NCBI GenBank assembly: GCA_031359215.1
Contig: JANMAA010000235.1
Span: 1,589-65,588 of the forward strand
Origin: Acidobacteriota bacterium
GTDB lineage: Bacteria; Acidobacteriota; Blastocatellia; Pyrinomonadales; Pyrinomonadaceae
Direction: 5' to 3'
DNA: 64,000 nucleotides
The position numbers and the translations under genes are program-made. Within the stretch, counting starts at the first letter, position 1, and every line of letters starts with the position of its first letter. The notes under the pieces were generated by a model that saw only the letters and a list, made by a program, of their open reading frames with translations, ran no database searches and was not told where the DNA came from. Of this stretch, positions 7,858-16,565 are shown one piece after another.

Positions 7858-8046
7858 CATTCACAACCAGCAATCGAAGATTCACAGGTAATAATCGAAC
7901 ATTCACAAGTGATAATCGAACAATCACAAGTGATAATCGAAGATTCACAGCTAACTTTAATACATTCACAACTAACTTTAATACATTTACAGCTAACTTA
8001 TGAGGATTCACAACTAACTTACAACCATTCACAAGCAATGTTCTTG
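7858..8046. repeat. Nine contiguous 21-bp direct repeats (core ATTCACA)
   Basis: Units start at 7858, 7879, 7900, 7921, 7942, 7963, 7984, 8005 and 8026, for example CATTCACAAGTGATAATCGAA and GATTCACAGCTAACTTTAATA. No spacers. The first base follows a GAT/CAT/CAW pattern, giving a 63-bp super-period. Confidence 0.9.
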
Positions 8047-8065
8047 AAATTATTGTCGCAGTGAG

Positions 8066-8638
8066 TTAATTACTTACTTTTTCCGCGTCATATCTTTTCA
8101 AAATTGAAGAAACATAAGCCTTTGTCGAAGCAATATCAATGCGTTCGATAAATTGTTCTCTCGTGAGCTTTGCGGCATCAGTGTTTTTTGTCCATTCTTC
8201 GACACGGCTGGCACCGGCGTTATATGCCGCTAAAGTCATTGCTTCTTCCGCCGTGTCGCCGCGATAGTTTTCCCGTAATTTTTCCAGATACCAACAGCCG
8301 ACTTGGATATTTCTCTCCGGGTCGCGCAAAAAATCCACTAAATTTTCGGCGGTTTGTTTTTCAAATTCCCGAAAACCCGTTTCTTTCGCCCATTCACGCG
8401 CCACCGTCGGCGTAACCTGCATCAAACCGACTTCTTCCGCCGCACCGATTTGCCATGTGCGAAAGTAAGTTTCTTCGTAAATTATGCTCCAGACTAATTT
8501 TTTATCCAATTTATAAACACCAGCCTGACGCGCTATCAATTCGTCGAACCGGTGAATCCAATAATTGTTAAAAAAATACAGCCCGCTCAACGAAAGAAAA
8601 GCAAAAATTATCAGGCTGAAATATAAATAACGGCGCAT
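8066..8638 (-). CDS. Lytic transglycosylase (SLT domain), membrane-anchored
   Basis: N-terminal TM segment. Contains EEVGLMQVTP (catalytic Glu context) and AAYNAG motifs. Confidence 0.8.
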   Translation of the reverse strand: MRRYLYFSLIIFAFLSLSGLYFFNNYWIHRFDELIARQAGVYKLDKKLVWSIIYEETYFRTWQIGAAEEVGLMQVTPTVAREWAKETGFREFEKQTAENLVDFLRDPERNIQVGCWYLEKLRENYRGDTAEEAMTLAAYNAGASRVEEWTKNTDAAKLTREQFIERIDIASTKAYVSSILKRYDAEKVSN

Positions 8639-8711
8639 TCTTTAGGGGAAAGATTTATTGAATACGTTAATCGGCAATCATTTTATAAACTTCACGAACT
8701 CAATAAATTAC

Positions 8712-9509
8712 TTAATTGTTTTTTTTGAATTTCTTCCAAAAATCAACTGTTCGAACTGTCCGATAAGACCAATCAACACCTTCGTAGGCAGAAATCAACG
8801 CAGTTTCACTTATGATATGACCTTGCAGCCAAATGTCGGCTTTGACAAACGCGCCAACCTGTAGCTTTGCACCTTTCAAGGCGAGTTTATTGACTAAAAT
8901 CTCTAGTTTCATCTCACCTAAATCTAAATAAAGCCAATATAAATCATTTCCCGAAAAAGGATTGCGAAGAGCATTAAACGCGATAATTTTCCCGCCCAAA
9001 CTCCAATCATTTTCGTTAGCGATGATGTTCACGGCTATCTCATCAAAGGATTTCCAGTATGCCGGCTCTACTTTGTCATTAATCTCCGCCCGGTAAGCCA
9101 AACCGCAAAGTCCGACGTGCAAAGAGTTTTGCTCGAATATTCGCGTTCCCGTTTCTGTCAGATTTTGCAAAGCAAACAAAACTTCCGTGTTGCCGTTTTC
9201 GACAAATCCGTGAATTACCGCTTCTCCTTCTTCGTCAAATTCGGTTAAAATCCATGGGGAAATTTTCTGTGCGTAACGTGCCCGAAAACCCGGACGGCAA
9301 TCAGTGTAAAAAATCTCGCCCGTGCCTGATTCATACAAAACCGTCCAAACTTCCAAACCTTGACCGAATTTTAAACAACGTCCGTGTAGCACACCGCTTT
9401 TGCGCGAAAGCCGCGAGATTTCCCCGCGTTTTCCAACGTCCTTTGCTAAATTGTTAAAGGCTGCTTTGTTTTTAATTTCGATTCCAATGGCATCAAAGGC
9501 AATTTCCAT
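8712..9509 (-). CDS. Hypothetical protein (265 aa), no recognisable domain
   Basis: Long ORF with coding-like composition. It starts 10 nt downstream of the 62-aa ORF. Confidence 0.6.
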   Translation of the reverse strand: MEIAFDAIGIEIKNKAAFNNLAKDVGKRGEISRLSRKSGVLHGRCLKFGQGLEVWTVLYESGTGEIFYTDCRPGFRARYAQKISPWILTEFDEEGEAVIHGFVENGNTEVLFALQNLTETGTRIFEQNSLHVGLCGLAYRAEINDKVEPAYWKSFDEIAVNIIANENDWSLGGKIIAFNALRNPFSGNDLYWLYLDLGEMKLEILVNKLALKGAKLQVGAFVKADIWLQGHIISETALISAYEGVDWSYRTVRTVDFWKKFKKNN

Positions 9510-9519
9510 AAATATAAAG

Positions 9520-9708
9520 TCAGTTTTTGGTTGTTAATTCTTCAGTTGTTTCGACACTTTTGATTCTTCGGTCAGAATCTGATTTCAACTCCGAAAACTT
9601 CCCGGAGCGAATCATTTCTACAAATAAATCTACATCATAATCAGCTTCACGCGACATTTCTTGACGAATTTCGATTAAAGTTTCCAAAAATTTCGGACGA
9701 CGATACAT
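9520..9708 (-). CDS. Small acidic hypothetical protein (62 aa), possible antitoxin-like partner
   Basis: Compact ORF between the PIN gene and the 265-aa gene. MYRRPKFLETLIEIRQEMSREADYDVDLF. Confidence 0.4.
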   Translation of the reverse strand: MYRRPKFLETLIEIRQEMSREADYDVDLFVEMIRSGKFSELKSDSDRRIKSVETTEELTTKN

Positions 9709-9761
9709 ACATTATTAATTGTTAATTGTTGAGCGTCAATCGTCAACCTACGGAGATTCAA

Positions 9762-10220
9762 TTAACTGTGGACGAGAAATTCAGGCGTAACAATCATCGG
9801 CACAAAAAAACCGGCAGCCGTATTAAAAAGCCTCAAACGCGCTTGTTTGCGAACATTTGCCAGATGACCGAAATTCCAGGTTACTAAATAATCGATTTTA
9901 TAATATGAAGCAATCGCAAAGTGAAGCGCATCGGCGATAAATTTGCGGTGGAAAATTCCGCGTGCTATGTAGCCCTCGGCTAAAATAGCGACTTCTTCAG
10001 CCAATTCCAATTTCTCGAGCGGTTTGATGAGATTTAAATATCCCGTCCGATGCGGTTCCGCAACTCGTTCGAGTTCACGCTTGACGAGAATCGAACTATA
10101 TGCAAGATATTCGCCAAGTTCGTGTTCCCACCAACGAATAGTCAAATCGCGCCGAAAAGGTTCACCGTTGTCTAAATATGCCCCGATTACCGAAGTTTCT
10201 AAATACAAACTTTGTTTCAT
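9762..10220 (-). CDS. PIN-domain (VapC-like) nuclease
   Basis: LYLETSVIGAY at the N-terminus and DALHFAIASYYKIDYLVTWNFGHL in the C-terminal half fit the PIN acidic-residue pattern. ATG at 10220 (MKQSLYLE) follows the upstream stop at 10237. Confidence 0.65.
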   Translation of the reverse strand: MKQSLYLETSVIGAYLDNGEPFRRDLTIRWWEHELGEYLAYSSILVKRELERVAEPHRTGYLNLIKPLEKLELAEEVAILAEGYIARGIFHRKFIADALHFAIASYYKIDYLVTWNFGHLANVRKQARLRLFNTAAGFFVPMIVTPEFLVHS

Positions 10221-10236
10221 AGTTGACGGTTCTAAA

Positions 10237-11823
10237 CTATTTTGCAATCGGCACAAACAACACTTTCGAGTTAATAAAATCAAACGTCAGACGATAATTT
10301 TTTAAAAAATTGCCGCCTAATATTCCAGCCTGTTCAAAACCTGACGTTTCGTTGATTAAATTTAGATCAAGCGCAATTGCCTTTATACTTTCACGGCTAT
10401 GCGTGCCGAACGTAACACGCGGAAGCAAAAAAGAAGCAACGTCCTCGGTAACGCCGGCAGCTCCGATGACGCGCATTTTCTCGTTTCTCAAAAAAGGATT
10501 CATTTCTTTTGAACCTGCCAGTTCATCCGAAATGACGGAAATACTTGCACCTGTATCGACAATGAAATTTAAAGGTGCTTCGATACCTTCGAGCGTTACT
10601 TCGCCGCTTAGAAATCCGCTTGACGTAAGACGCAGCGGTAATGATAAAGTTTCTCCCTCGAATTTAAGATTTTCAACTGCATCTTTTCTCTTTAGTGTAA
10701 AAGTCGAATTACCGTAATCGATTGTCGTCAGAAATTTCGAGATCAAAGAGATGCCGATATAACCATCTATTTGTTCAGTATTGGAATGAAATTTACGAAT
10801 ATAAATCGGAACATTAGTAACTTGCACCTCGCCGATATTGACCGATTTCAAAAAACCGTAAACTATCTCGAATTTGCCGTCGCCGCCTATGGCTCTCGCC
10901 AAACCGCCATGCGTAACGGGTTTGATCTTTAGCCGCTCGGCTGTTTCTTGTGAAATTACGCTAATGCCTGATCCGGTGTCTAAAACGAAATTCAAGACTT
11001 CATTCTTTTTATCGATTTTTAACTGAATCACCGGACGATCATTGACCAGCTTAAAAGAAACGACGGCTTGTTTTTCGCCTTTTACATTGTAAAGCGATTG
11101 CCTGTTTCCTAAAAAACGTAAAAAATTTATCAAACCTTTGATTCGGTCGCGTCTCTCCTTATCACTTTGCGGAGAAATTCGGAGAAAAGTATCGTAAGCC
11201 CCGGCAGCTTCGCTGTATCTCTCGGCACGGGATAAAACTTGTGCGAGCGTAAAGAAGAAATCAGGATTATCAGGTGCCTGATAGACTGCCACACGCAAAC
11301 TGTCAATGCTTTCGGAAATACGGTTTTCGTAAAAATTAAGCGTTCCGTAGCCTGCCCAAGCTAAAGCCTCATTTCTATTTAATTTGATTGCATTTACAAA
11401 AGAAATTTTCGCATCTCTGAAATTTCCCGCACTCAAAAGAGTTACCCCTAAAACGGCAAAAGCAAACGAATTTTTCGGCTCTGCTTTAACAACTGCAATA
11501 GAAATATTATACGCTTCGATCAATCTTCGTTGCTTAAGTAAAAGATGCGCTAAATTGATTTTTGCTTTTGATTCTTGCGGATTTATATCGATCACACGCC
11601 GCAAAATCTTCTCGGCTTCGACAACTTCTCCGCGCCGCGTGAGCTTTTCAGCCTGCTTCATTAATTGCCGCGTATCATCACTGTTTACTTGTTGAGTATC
11701 GCCTTTTGCCGCAGCATAAACCGACGTGCCGCAAAACAGCAAACAAATCCAAGTTATACCGATTAAACGCTTCTTGTGGAAAGGAAACCCAAAAACTTTC
11801 AATAATAAACCCTGTAAATTCAT
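10237..11823 (-). CDS. Secreted TPR-repeat protein with two retropepsin-like aspartic protease domains
   Basis: Signal peptide, then TPR-like repeats, then two D-T-G-S/A motifs (VLDTGSGISVIS and IVDTGASISVIS). Confidence 0.7.
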   Translation of the reverse strand: MNLQGLLLKVFGFPFHKKRLIGITWICLLFCGTSVYAAAKGDTQQVNSDDTRQLMKQAEKLTRRGEVVEAEKILRRVIDINPQESKAKINLAHLLLKQRRLIEAYNISIAVVKAEPKNSFAFAVLGVTLLSAGNFRDAKISFVNAIKLNRNEALAWAGYGTLNFYENRISESIDSLRVAVYQAPDNPDFFFTLAQVLSRAERYSEAAGAYDTFLRISPQSDKERRDRIKGLINFLRFLGNRQSLYNVKGEKQAVVSFKLVNDRPVIQLKIDKKNEVLNFVLDTGSGISVISQETAERLKIKPVTHGGLARAIGGDGKFEIVYGFLKSVNIGEVQVTNVPIYIRKFHSNTEQIDGYIGISLISKFLTTIDYGNSTFTLKRKDAVENLKFEGETLSLPLRLTSSGFLSGEVTLEGIEAPLNFIVDTGASISVISDELAGSKEMNPFLRNEKMRVIGAAGVTEDVASFLLPRVTFGTHSRESIKAIALDLNLINETSGFEQAGILGGNFLKNYRLTFDFINSKVLFVPIAK

Positions 11824-11850
11824 AACTTCCTCCTTTCCTGTCAGTAAAAT

Positions 11851-12513
11851 TCATTTAAGAATTTCACCTGTTTTTAATGACCATAAAACTAAATCCAATT
11901 CATCAAAATCGATGTTTAATCGGTAGGCTAGATTTTTTAATTTTTCTTCAATCGTTAGATACCTTAACCTTGTATTTGGTGGCTTCGGGTCATCAATGAT
12001 TTTCAATTCCGCCAAACTTCGTAAAATATGTTTGTCAAGGATAGCGTAGCCTTTTAAGCCGATGTTTCGCAAAAAATGACTCGCTTCTTTATATCCCAAA
12101 CCCTTGATACGTTTTTCTTTGACCAACCAATCGCGTCTTTCCAATGGATCGTTGAAACTTTCTAATTTATTACGCAGCCGCATTTCGCAATGTTCCGCTA
12201 GAAATTCGCGTGAAGCGACAATATAACCTGACCGCGCATTTGGGTAACGATGTTTTCCGCGCAAAATTTCGGCAAGTTCGGTTTGGTTTCCGTGCATTAA
12301 AAACGGTCTGACGGCTTCGATTGAACGAAGTCCCATTTTTGCTGAACAGCCGCCGGTGAAAAAGCAAAAAACCATTTCTTCCCATAGCCGCTCATCTGTT
12401 CCGGTTTGCCAAACGGCTTCAAACTCCGAAAGTCTGGAGCGAATTTCACCGTATCTTTCAGAGTGAGCTGTTTTTATTTTTTCAAAGGTTAAAGGTTGAT
12501 TTTCTTTTTTCAC
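11851..12513 (-). CDS. ogg: N-glycosylase/DNA lyase, Ogg2-type 8-oxoguanine DNA glycosylase (HhH-GPD)
   Basis: IKGLGYKEASHFLRNIGLKGYAILDKHIL is the HhH plus catalytic Lys/Asp region typical of archaeal/Thermotoga-type Ogg. Confidence 0.75.
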   Translation of the reverse strand: MKKENQPLTFEKIKTAHSERYGEIRSRLSEFEAVWQTGTDERLWEEMVFCFFTGGCSAKMGLRSIEAVRPFLMHGNQTELAEILRGKHRYPNARSGYIVASREFLAEHCEMRLRNKLESFNDPLERRDWLVKEKRIKGLGYKEASHFLRNIGLKGYAILDKHILRSLAELKIIDDPKPPNTRLRYLTIEEKLKNLAYRLNIDFDELDLVLWSLKTGEILK

Positions 12514-12642
12514 AAAACAAGTTGGTTAGGCTTAAGTCTATGAGTTTTACAGGTAGGTGTCAATGTTTTTAATTTTATGAATGTCCATCGCCTTAGTAAT
12601 GAAAAATTAAACTGATGCGTCGTTCTCATGAAGTTAAAATCA

Positions 12643-12671
12643 TTGACAAAATGTTAAAAATCTTTTTTAAT
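12643..12671 (+). promoter_or_regulatory. Candidate sigma-70 promoter for the kinase/regulator operon
   Basis: TTGACA (12643-12648), a 17-nt spacer, then TTTAAT (12666-12671), about 100 nt upstream of ATG 12775. Confidence 0.3.
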
Positions 12672-12774
12672 TAAAGTAGAAGTTTAAAACTTCTCATTTC
12701 CAAATTCATCAGAGCCTCTCAGATTACATAATTTCCCTATTAAAAATTATTCAGTCTGTGAAAAACGATAAAAA

Positions 12775-14439
12775 ATGATTACCCCGAAGCGAATCGGAAG
12801 CGAATCGAAAGCGTATTATCCCACAAGAAAAAATACGGATTCTTCGCATCAATTAAAATTTATCACCGAACTCGGTCGTAGTTTACTTTTTACGGTTCAC
12901 CCTAAAAAAGTCGCATCGCGTGTTGCGGAGGCTATCGGGCGGGAAACTGATGCGCTGATTTGTGCAGTGGTTGTTGAACTAGAACAAATCGGTTTGGTTA
13001 GTAGTGCTGTTACCTCAGGAGTTTCGGAACCGACTGAAAATTTTCTCAATAAAGGCAGATTTCAAAAATGGTTGGAGTTTTTGCCGCCGAAAGTATCGGT
13101 TTGGAAGGAAAACGAACAGGAGTTTTTGCTGAAGAGCAAAACTCACAACTTTGAATACATTTCACCTCTACACATTAACGGCGAAGTTAAAGGTGCGTTG
13201 GTCGCAGGGTTTAAAAATAAGTCTGATTGCGCTCAATCCGTCCAACGTCTGATCGATGCCACGACTCAGATGACGGCTATGAGCCTTAATTTATCGTCGC
13301 ATTATGAAGCGGCAATAAATACTTCGATAAATCAGGCAAGAGCCGAACACCGTCGATTTACCGAAGCAATTTTGGATGCTTTGCCGGTTTCGATATATGT
13401 TATTGACCGCGATTATCGAATCGTAACCTGGAATCGTCACCGGGAAATCGGTGTGCAGGGAATACCGCGCGATTCGGTGATCGGGCGGGATGTTTTTCAG
13501 GTATTGGCTAAATATCCCAAAGGCAGATTGCGGCAGGAGTTTGAAAGAGCGTTTCGGACAGGACAACTCGAACGCATCGAGCAGCGCACGACGGATGACA
13601 ACGGCACGACAAAACATTGGATGGTCAGCAAAATTCCGATGCGCGATTTGGAAACTAAAGAAATTACGCACGTTATTACGGTTGGCGAAGATATAACGAT
13701 GCGCGTTGAAGCGATTCACGCAGTCGGGCGCGCTGAAAAACTTGCAGCCGTCGGCAGACTCGCGGCTGGTGTAGTTCATGAAATAAATAATCCGCTGGCA
13801 ACAATTTCGGCGTGTTCCGAAGCCTTGGAAACAAGGGTTGAAGAAGGCATTTTCGGTGAATCGGAAGAAGTCGCCGATCTGCGCGAATATCTGGGTCTTA
13901 TCAGAAGCGAAGCGTTTCGTTGTAAATCGATCACCAACGGTTTGCTGGATTTTAGTCGCGGGCGCACCGGAAATCGCTTTGCAATCGATATTTCCGAAGT
14001 AATAAAATCTTCAGCCCGTCTTGTTACACACCAAAAACGCGGCGATAACATCAAAATAAAACTAGAATTAGAAGAACAAATGCCATTGGTTAATGCTGAT
14101 GAAGGACAAATTCAGCAAGGCATTATTGCACTTGCCACCAATGCAATAGATGCGATGCCCGATGGCGGCACGCTAACTTTTCGTGCGGCTTCACAAAATA
14201 ATCGCGTTGTCATCGAGGTTCAAGATACTGGCATTGGCATCGCGTCCGATGAATTATCAAAGATTTTTGAACCGTTTTACACCACCAAAGAAATCGGTAA
14301 AGGCACGGGACTCGGTTTAGCGGTCTGTTACGGGATTATCACTGAACACGGCGGGCGCGTTAGTGTCCGTTCAAATGTGGGCATCGGGACAACCTTCTCG
14401 ATATATCTTCCTATTCTTAAAGAATCCGTTGAATCCTGA
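12775..14439 (+). CDS. PAS-domain sensor histidine kinase
   Basis: PAS region (FTEAILDALPVSIYVIDRDYRIVTWN), H-box HEINNPLATI, and HATPase N/G boxes (NAIDAM, DTGIGI, GTGLGL). Confidence 0.9.
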   Translation: MITPKRIGSESKAYYPTRKNTDSSHQLKFITELGRSLLFTVHPKKVASRVAEAIGRETDALICAVVVELEQIGLVSSAVTSGVSEPTENFLNKGRFQKWLEFLPPKVSVWKENEQEFLLKSKTHNFEYISPLHINGEVKGALVAGFKNKSDCAQSVQRLIDATTQMTAMSLNLSSHYEAAINTSINQARAEHRRFTEAILDALPVSIYVIDRDYRIVTWNRHREIGVQGIPRDSVIGRDVFQVLAKYPKGRLRQEFERAFRTGQLERIEQRTTDDNGTTKHWMVSKIPMRDLETKEITHVITVGEDITMRVEAIHAVGRAEKLAAVGRLAAGVVHEINNPLATISACSEALETRVEEGIFGESEEVADLREYLGLIRSEAFRCKSITNGLLDFSRGRTGNRFAIDISEVIKSSARLVTHQKRGDNIKIKLELEEQMPLVNADEGQIQQGIIALATNAIDAMPDGGTLTFRAASQNNRVVIEVQDTGIGIASDELSKIFEPFYTTKEIGKGTGLGLAVCYGIITEHGGRVSVRSNVGIGTTFSIYLPILKESVES

Positions 14440-14498
14440 GAGTCAAGACTCAAAATAATGATTTTTAGATTCACCAAAATCACCGGACAAAAAAATAT

Positions 14499-15887
14499 AT
14501 GGCAAAACTTTTAGTAGTTGACGATGAAAAAAATCTGCGGATGGTCGTGCAGAAAGAAATGAGCCGTCAGGGTCACGAAGTAGAAACGGCTTCTGATGGC
14601 GAAGCGGCATGGGAAATGCTCGAACAGCAGGATTTTGATGTTTTATTGTGCGATATAAATATGCCGCGACTTGACGGTATCGGACTGCTTCGTCGGTTGC
14701 GCGAAAAGAGTCAAAATATGCCGGAAGTAATTATGCTGACCGGGCAAGCGACGGTCGAATCGGCAATTGAAGCGATGAAACTCGGGGCGTATGATTATCT
14801 GACGAAACCTTACCGTATCACCGAACTCGCCGTGTTGGTTACGCAATCCGCCGAAAAACAAAAGTTGAAAATAGACAATCAGCGGCTTCGCGCACAGATC
14901 GAGCGAACTCACCAAAATATGCCCGAGATCGTTTCCGAATCGCCGCAGATGAAGGAGATTTTGCGGCTTGTGCAGCGCGTCGCATCTTCCGATACATCCG
15001 TTCTAATCACGGGCGAATCGGGAACGGGCAAAGAACTTATCGCGCAGGCACTCTACCAACTTAGTAAGCGCAACAAAAAGACCTTTATTGACTTGAATTG
15101 CGCTGCTTTGCAGGACACATTGCTCGAAAGTGAGCTTTTCGGACACGAAGCCGGAGCATTTTCGGGCGCACGGGCACGCAAACTCGGACTTTTTGAAATC
15201 GCTGACGGCGGAACACTTTTTCTTGATGAAATTATGGAAATGCCCGCGCCGCTTCAATCGAAACTGCTTCGCGCACTCGAAACGCGCTCATTTTTCCGCG
15301 TCGGCGGCGTGAAAAAGGTTGAGGTCGATGTCCGACTAATTGCCGCGACTAATCGTAATACGGAAAAAGCTGTGGCGGACGGGATATTTCGGTCCGATTT
15401 ACTTTACCGAGTAAACAGTTTTGAAATTCACCTTCCGCCGCTTCGGGAACGCCGCGAGGACATAGAACCTTTGGCACGGCATCTTTTACAAAAAATTGCC
15501 GGAGCAAACGCGCCTGAACTTACGCCTCAAGCTATTGATGCGTTATGTGCATACAGTTGGACGGGAAATGTCCGGCAACTGCGAAATTGTCTGGAAAGAG
15601 CGGTTTTACTTGCCGACAATGGCAAAATAACCACTAAAGAACTTCCGCCTGAAGTGATTTGTAAGGCAAATGAGCCAAACATTTCGGTAAGTTATCAAAT
15701 GCCGGGTGAAAATAGCACTAATTCTTTCAAAAACGCTACTCCGACCGCTTTGCACGAAGTTGAAAAACAGCAAATTCTACGAGCCTTGGAACAAACCGGC
15801 TGGCATCGCGGTAAAACCGCTGAACTTCTAGGCATTTCCTCATCAACTCTTTATCGTCGTCTGCGTGAATACGATTTGGATGCCTGA
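14499..15887 (+). CDS. Sigma-54-dependent response regulator (NtrC family)
   Basis: REC domain (DDE...DVLLCDINMP). AAA+ domain with GESGTGKE, ESELFGHEAGAFSGA and the R-finger region. C-terminal Fis-type HTH (TAELLGISSSTLYRRL). Confidence 0.92.
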   Translation: MAKLLVVDDEKNLRMVVQKEMSRQGHEVETASDGEAAWEMLEQQDFDVLLCDINMPRLDGIGLLRRLREKSQNMPEVIMLTGQATVESAIEAMKLGAYDYLTKPYRITELAVLVTQSAEKQKLKIDNQRLRAQIERTHQNMPEIVSESPQMKEILRLVQRVASSDTSVLITGESGTGKELIAQALYQLSKRNKKTFIDLNCAALQDTLLESELFGHEAGAFSGARARKLGLFEIADGGTLFLDEIMEMPAPLQSKLLRALETRSFFRVGGVKKVEVDVRLIAATNRNTEKAVADGIFRSDLLYRVNSFEIHLPPLRERREDIEPLARHLLQKIAGANAPELTPQAIDALCAYSWTGNVRQLRNCLERAVLLADNGKITTKELPPEVICKANEPNISVSYQMPGENSTNSFKNATPTALHEVEKQQILRALEQTGWHRGKTAELLGISSSTLYRRLREYDLDA

Positions 15888-15932
15888 TAATCGCAAAAGA
15901 AATACTTCTAAAAATCTACTTGAACGCTAATG

Positions 15933-16445
15933 TTATTTGCATTTAGCGGTGTTTGCTTTCACATAATCGGCTAAAGTTCCAGCCTTTTGTTTTTCCAACA
16001 ATTCATCCATTAGTTTGAATTTGGCTTTCGGTTTTTCTTTCTTAATTGATTGCCAGGTTCTCAAAGCACCTTCCACGCCTGCTAAATAAGCGGCTTTTTC
16101 GTCAGTGGCTTGATCAGGATTTTCAATAATAAATTTGGCTTGTGAATATGCTGATTGTCCGACCAATTCAGCTTCATAATCGCCTTTGAATTGGTTTGTT
16201 TCACCAAAAGCATTGGTGCAAAGATTAACAGTAATGTCAGGAACTTCCGCCAAAAAATATAACAGGGTTGCCCTGTAATTTTTTGCTTCTTTGCCAAATG
16301 GCTGAGTTTCCAAATAATTAACCATCTGCACGGCAGCCTTTCTTTCCTCCGGCGTAGATGCGCCGCGTTTTTGTTGGGCGGAAATTGCGGTTGTAAAGCA
16401 TAAGCCAAGGACAAGAGCGAGAACATAAATGTAATTTTTCAACAT
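15933..16445 (-). CDS. Secreted hypothetical protein (170 aa)
   Basis: Signal peptide MLKNYIYVLALVLGLCFTTAISAQ. No recognisable domain. Confidence 0.6.
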   Translation of the reverse strand: MLKNYIYVLALVLGLCFTTAISAQQKRGASTPEERKAAVQMVNYLETQPFGKEAKNYRATLLYFLAEVPDITVNLCTNAFGETNQFKGDYEAELVGQSAYSQAKFIIENPDQATDEKAAYLAGVEGALRTWQSIKKEKPKAKFKLMDELLEKQKAGTLADYVKANTAKCK

Positions 16446-16485
16446 GATTTTTAATTTCCTTAAATAGATTTTTCCGAAATAAAGT

Positions 16486-16545
16486 CGGAGTTATGGCTTG
16501 AAGTTTGAATTATTAAAAGTTGTCAAACTTCAAGCCATAACTCCG
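16486..16545 (-). terminator. Perfect 23-bp-stem hairpin downstream of the PPIase gene
   Basis: CGGAGTTATGGCTTGAAGTTTGA (16486-16508) is the exact reverse complement of TCAAACTTCAAGCCATAACTCCG (16523-16545). Confidence 0.6.
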
Positions 16546-16565
16546 AATACCAAGCCGTTAGTTAT

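Noticed and set aside
7858-8046. Could the 21-bp repeat array be a CRISPR array?
   Set aside because: The units are contiguous with no unique spacers. The repeats are only 21 bp and degenerate, and no cas genes or leader are nearby.
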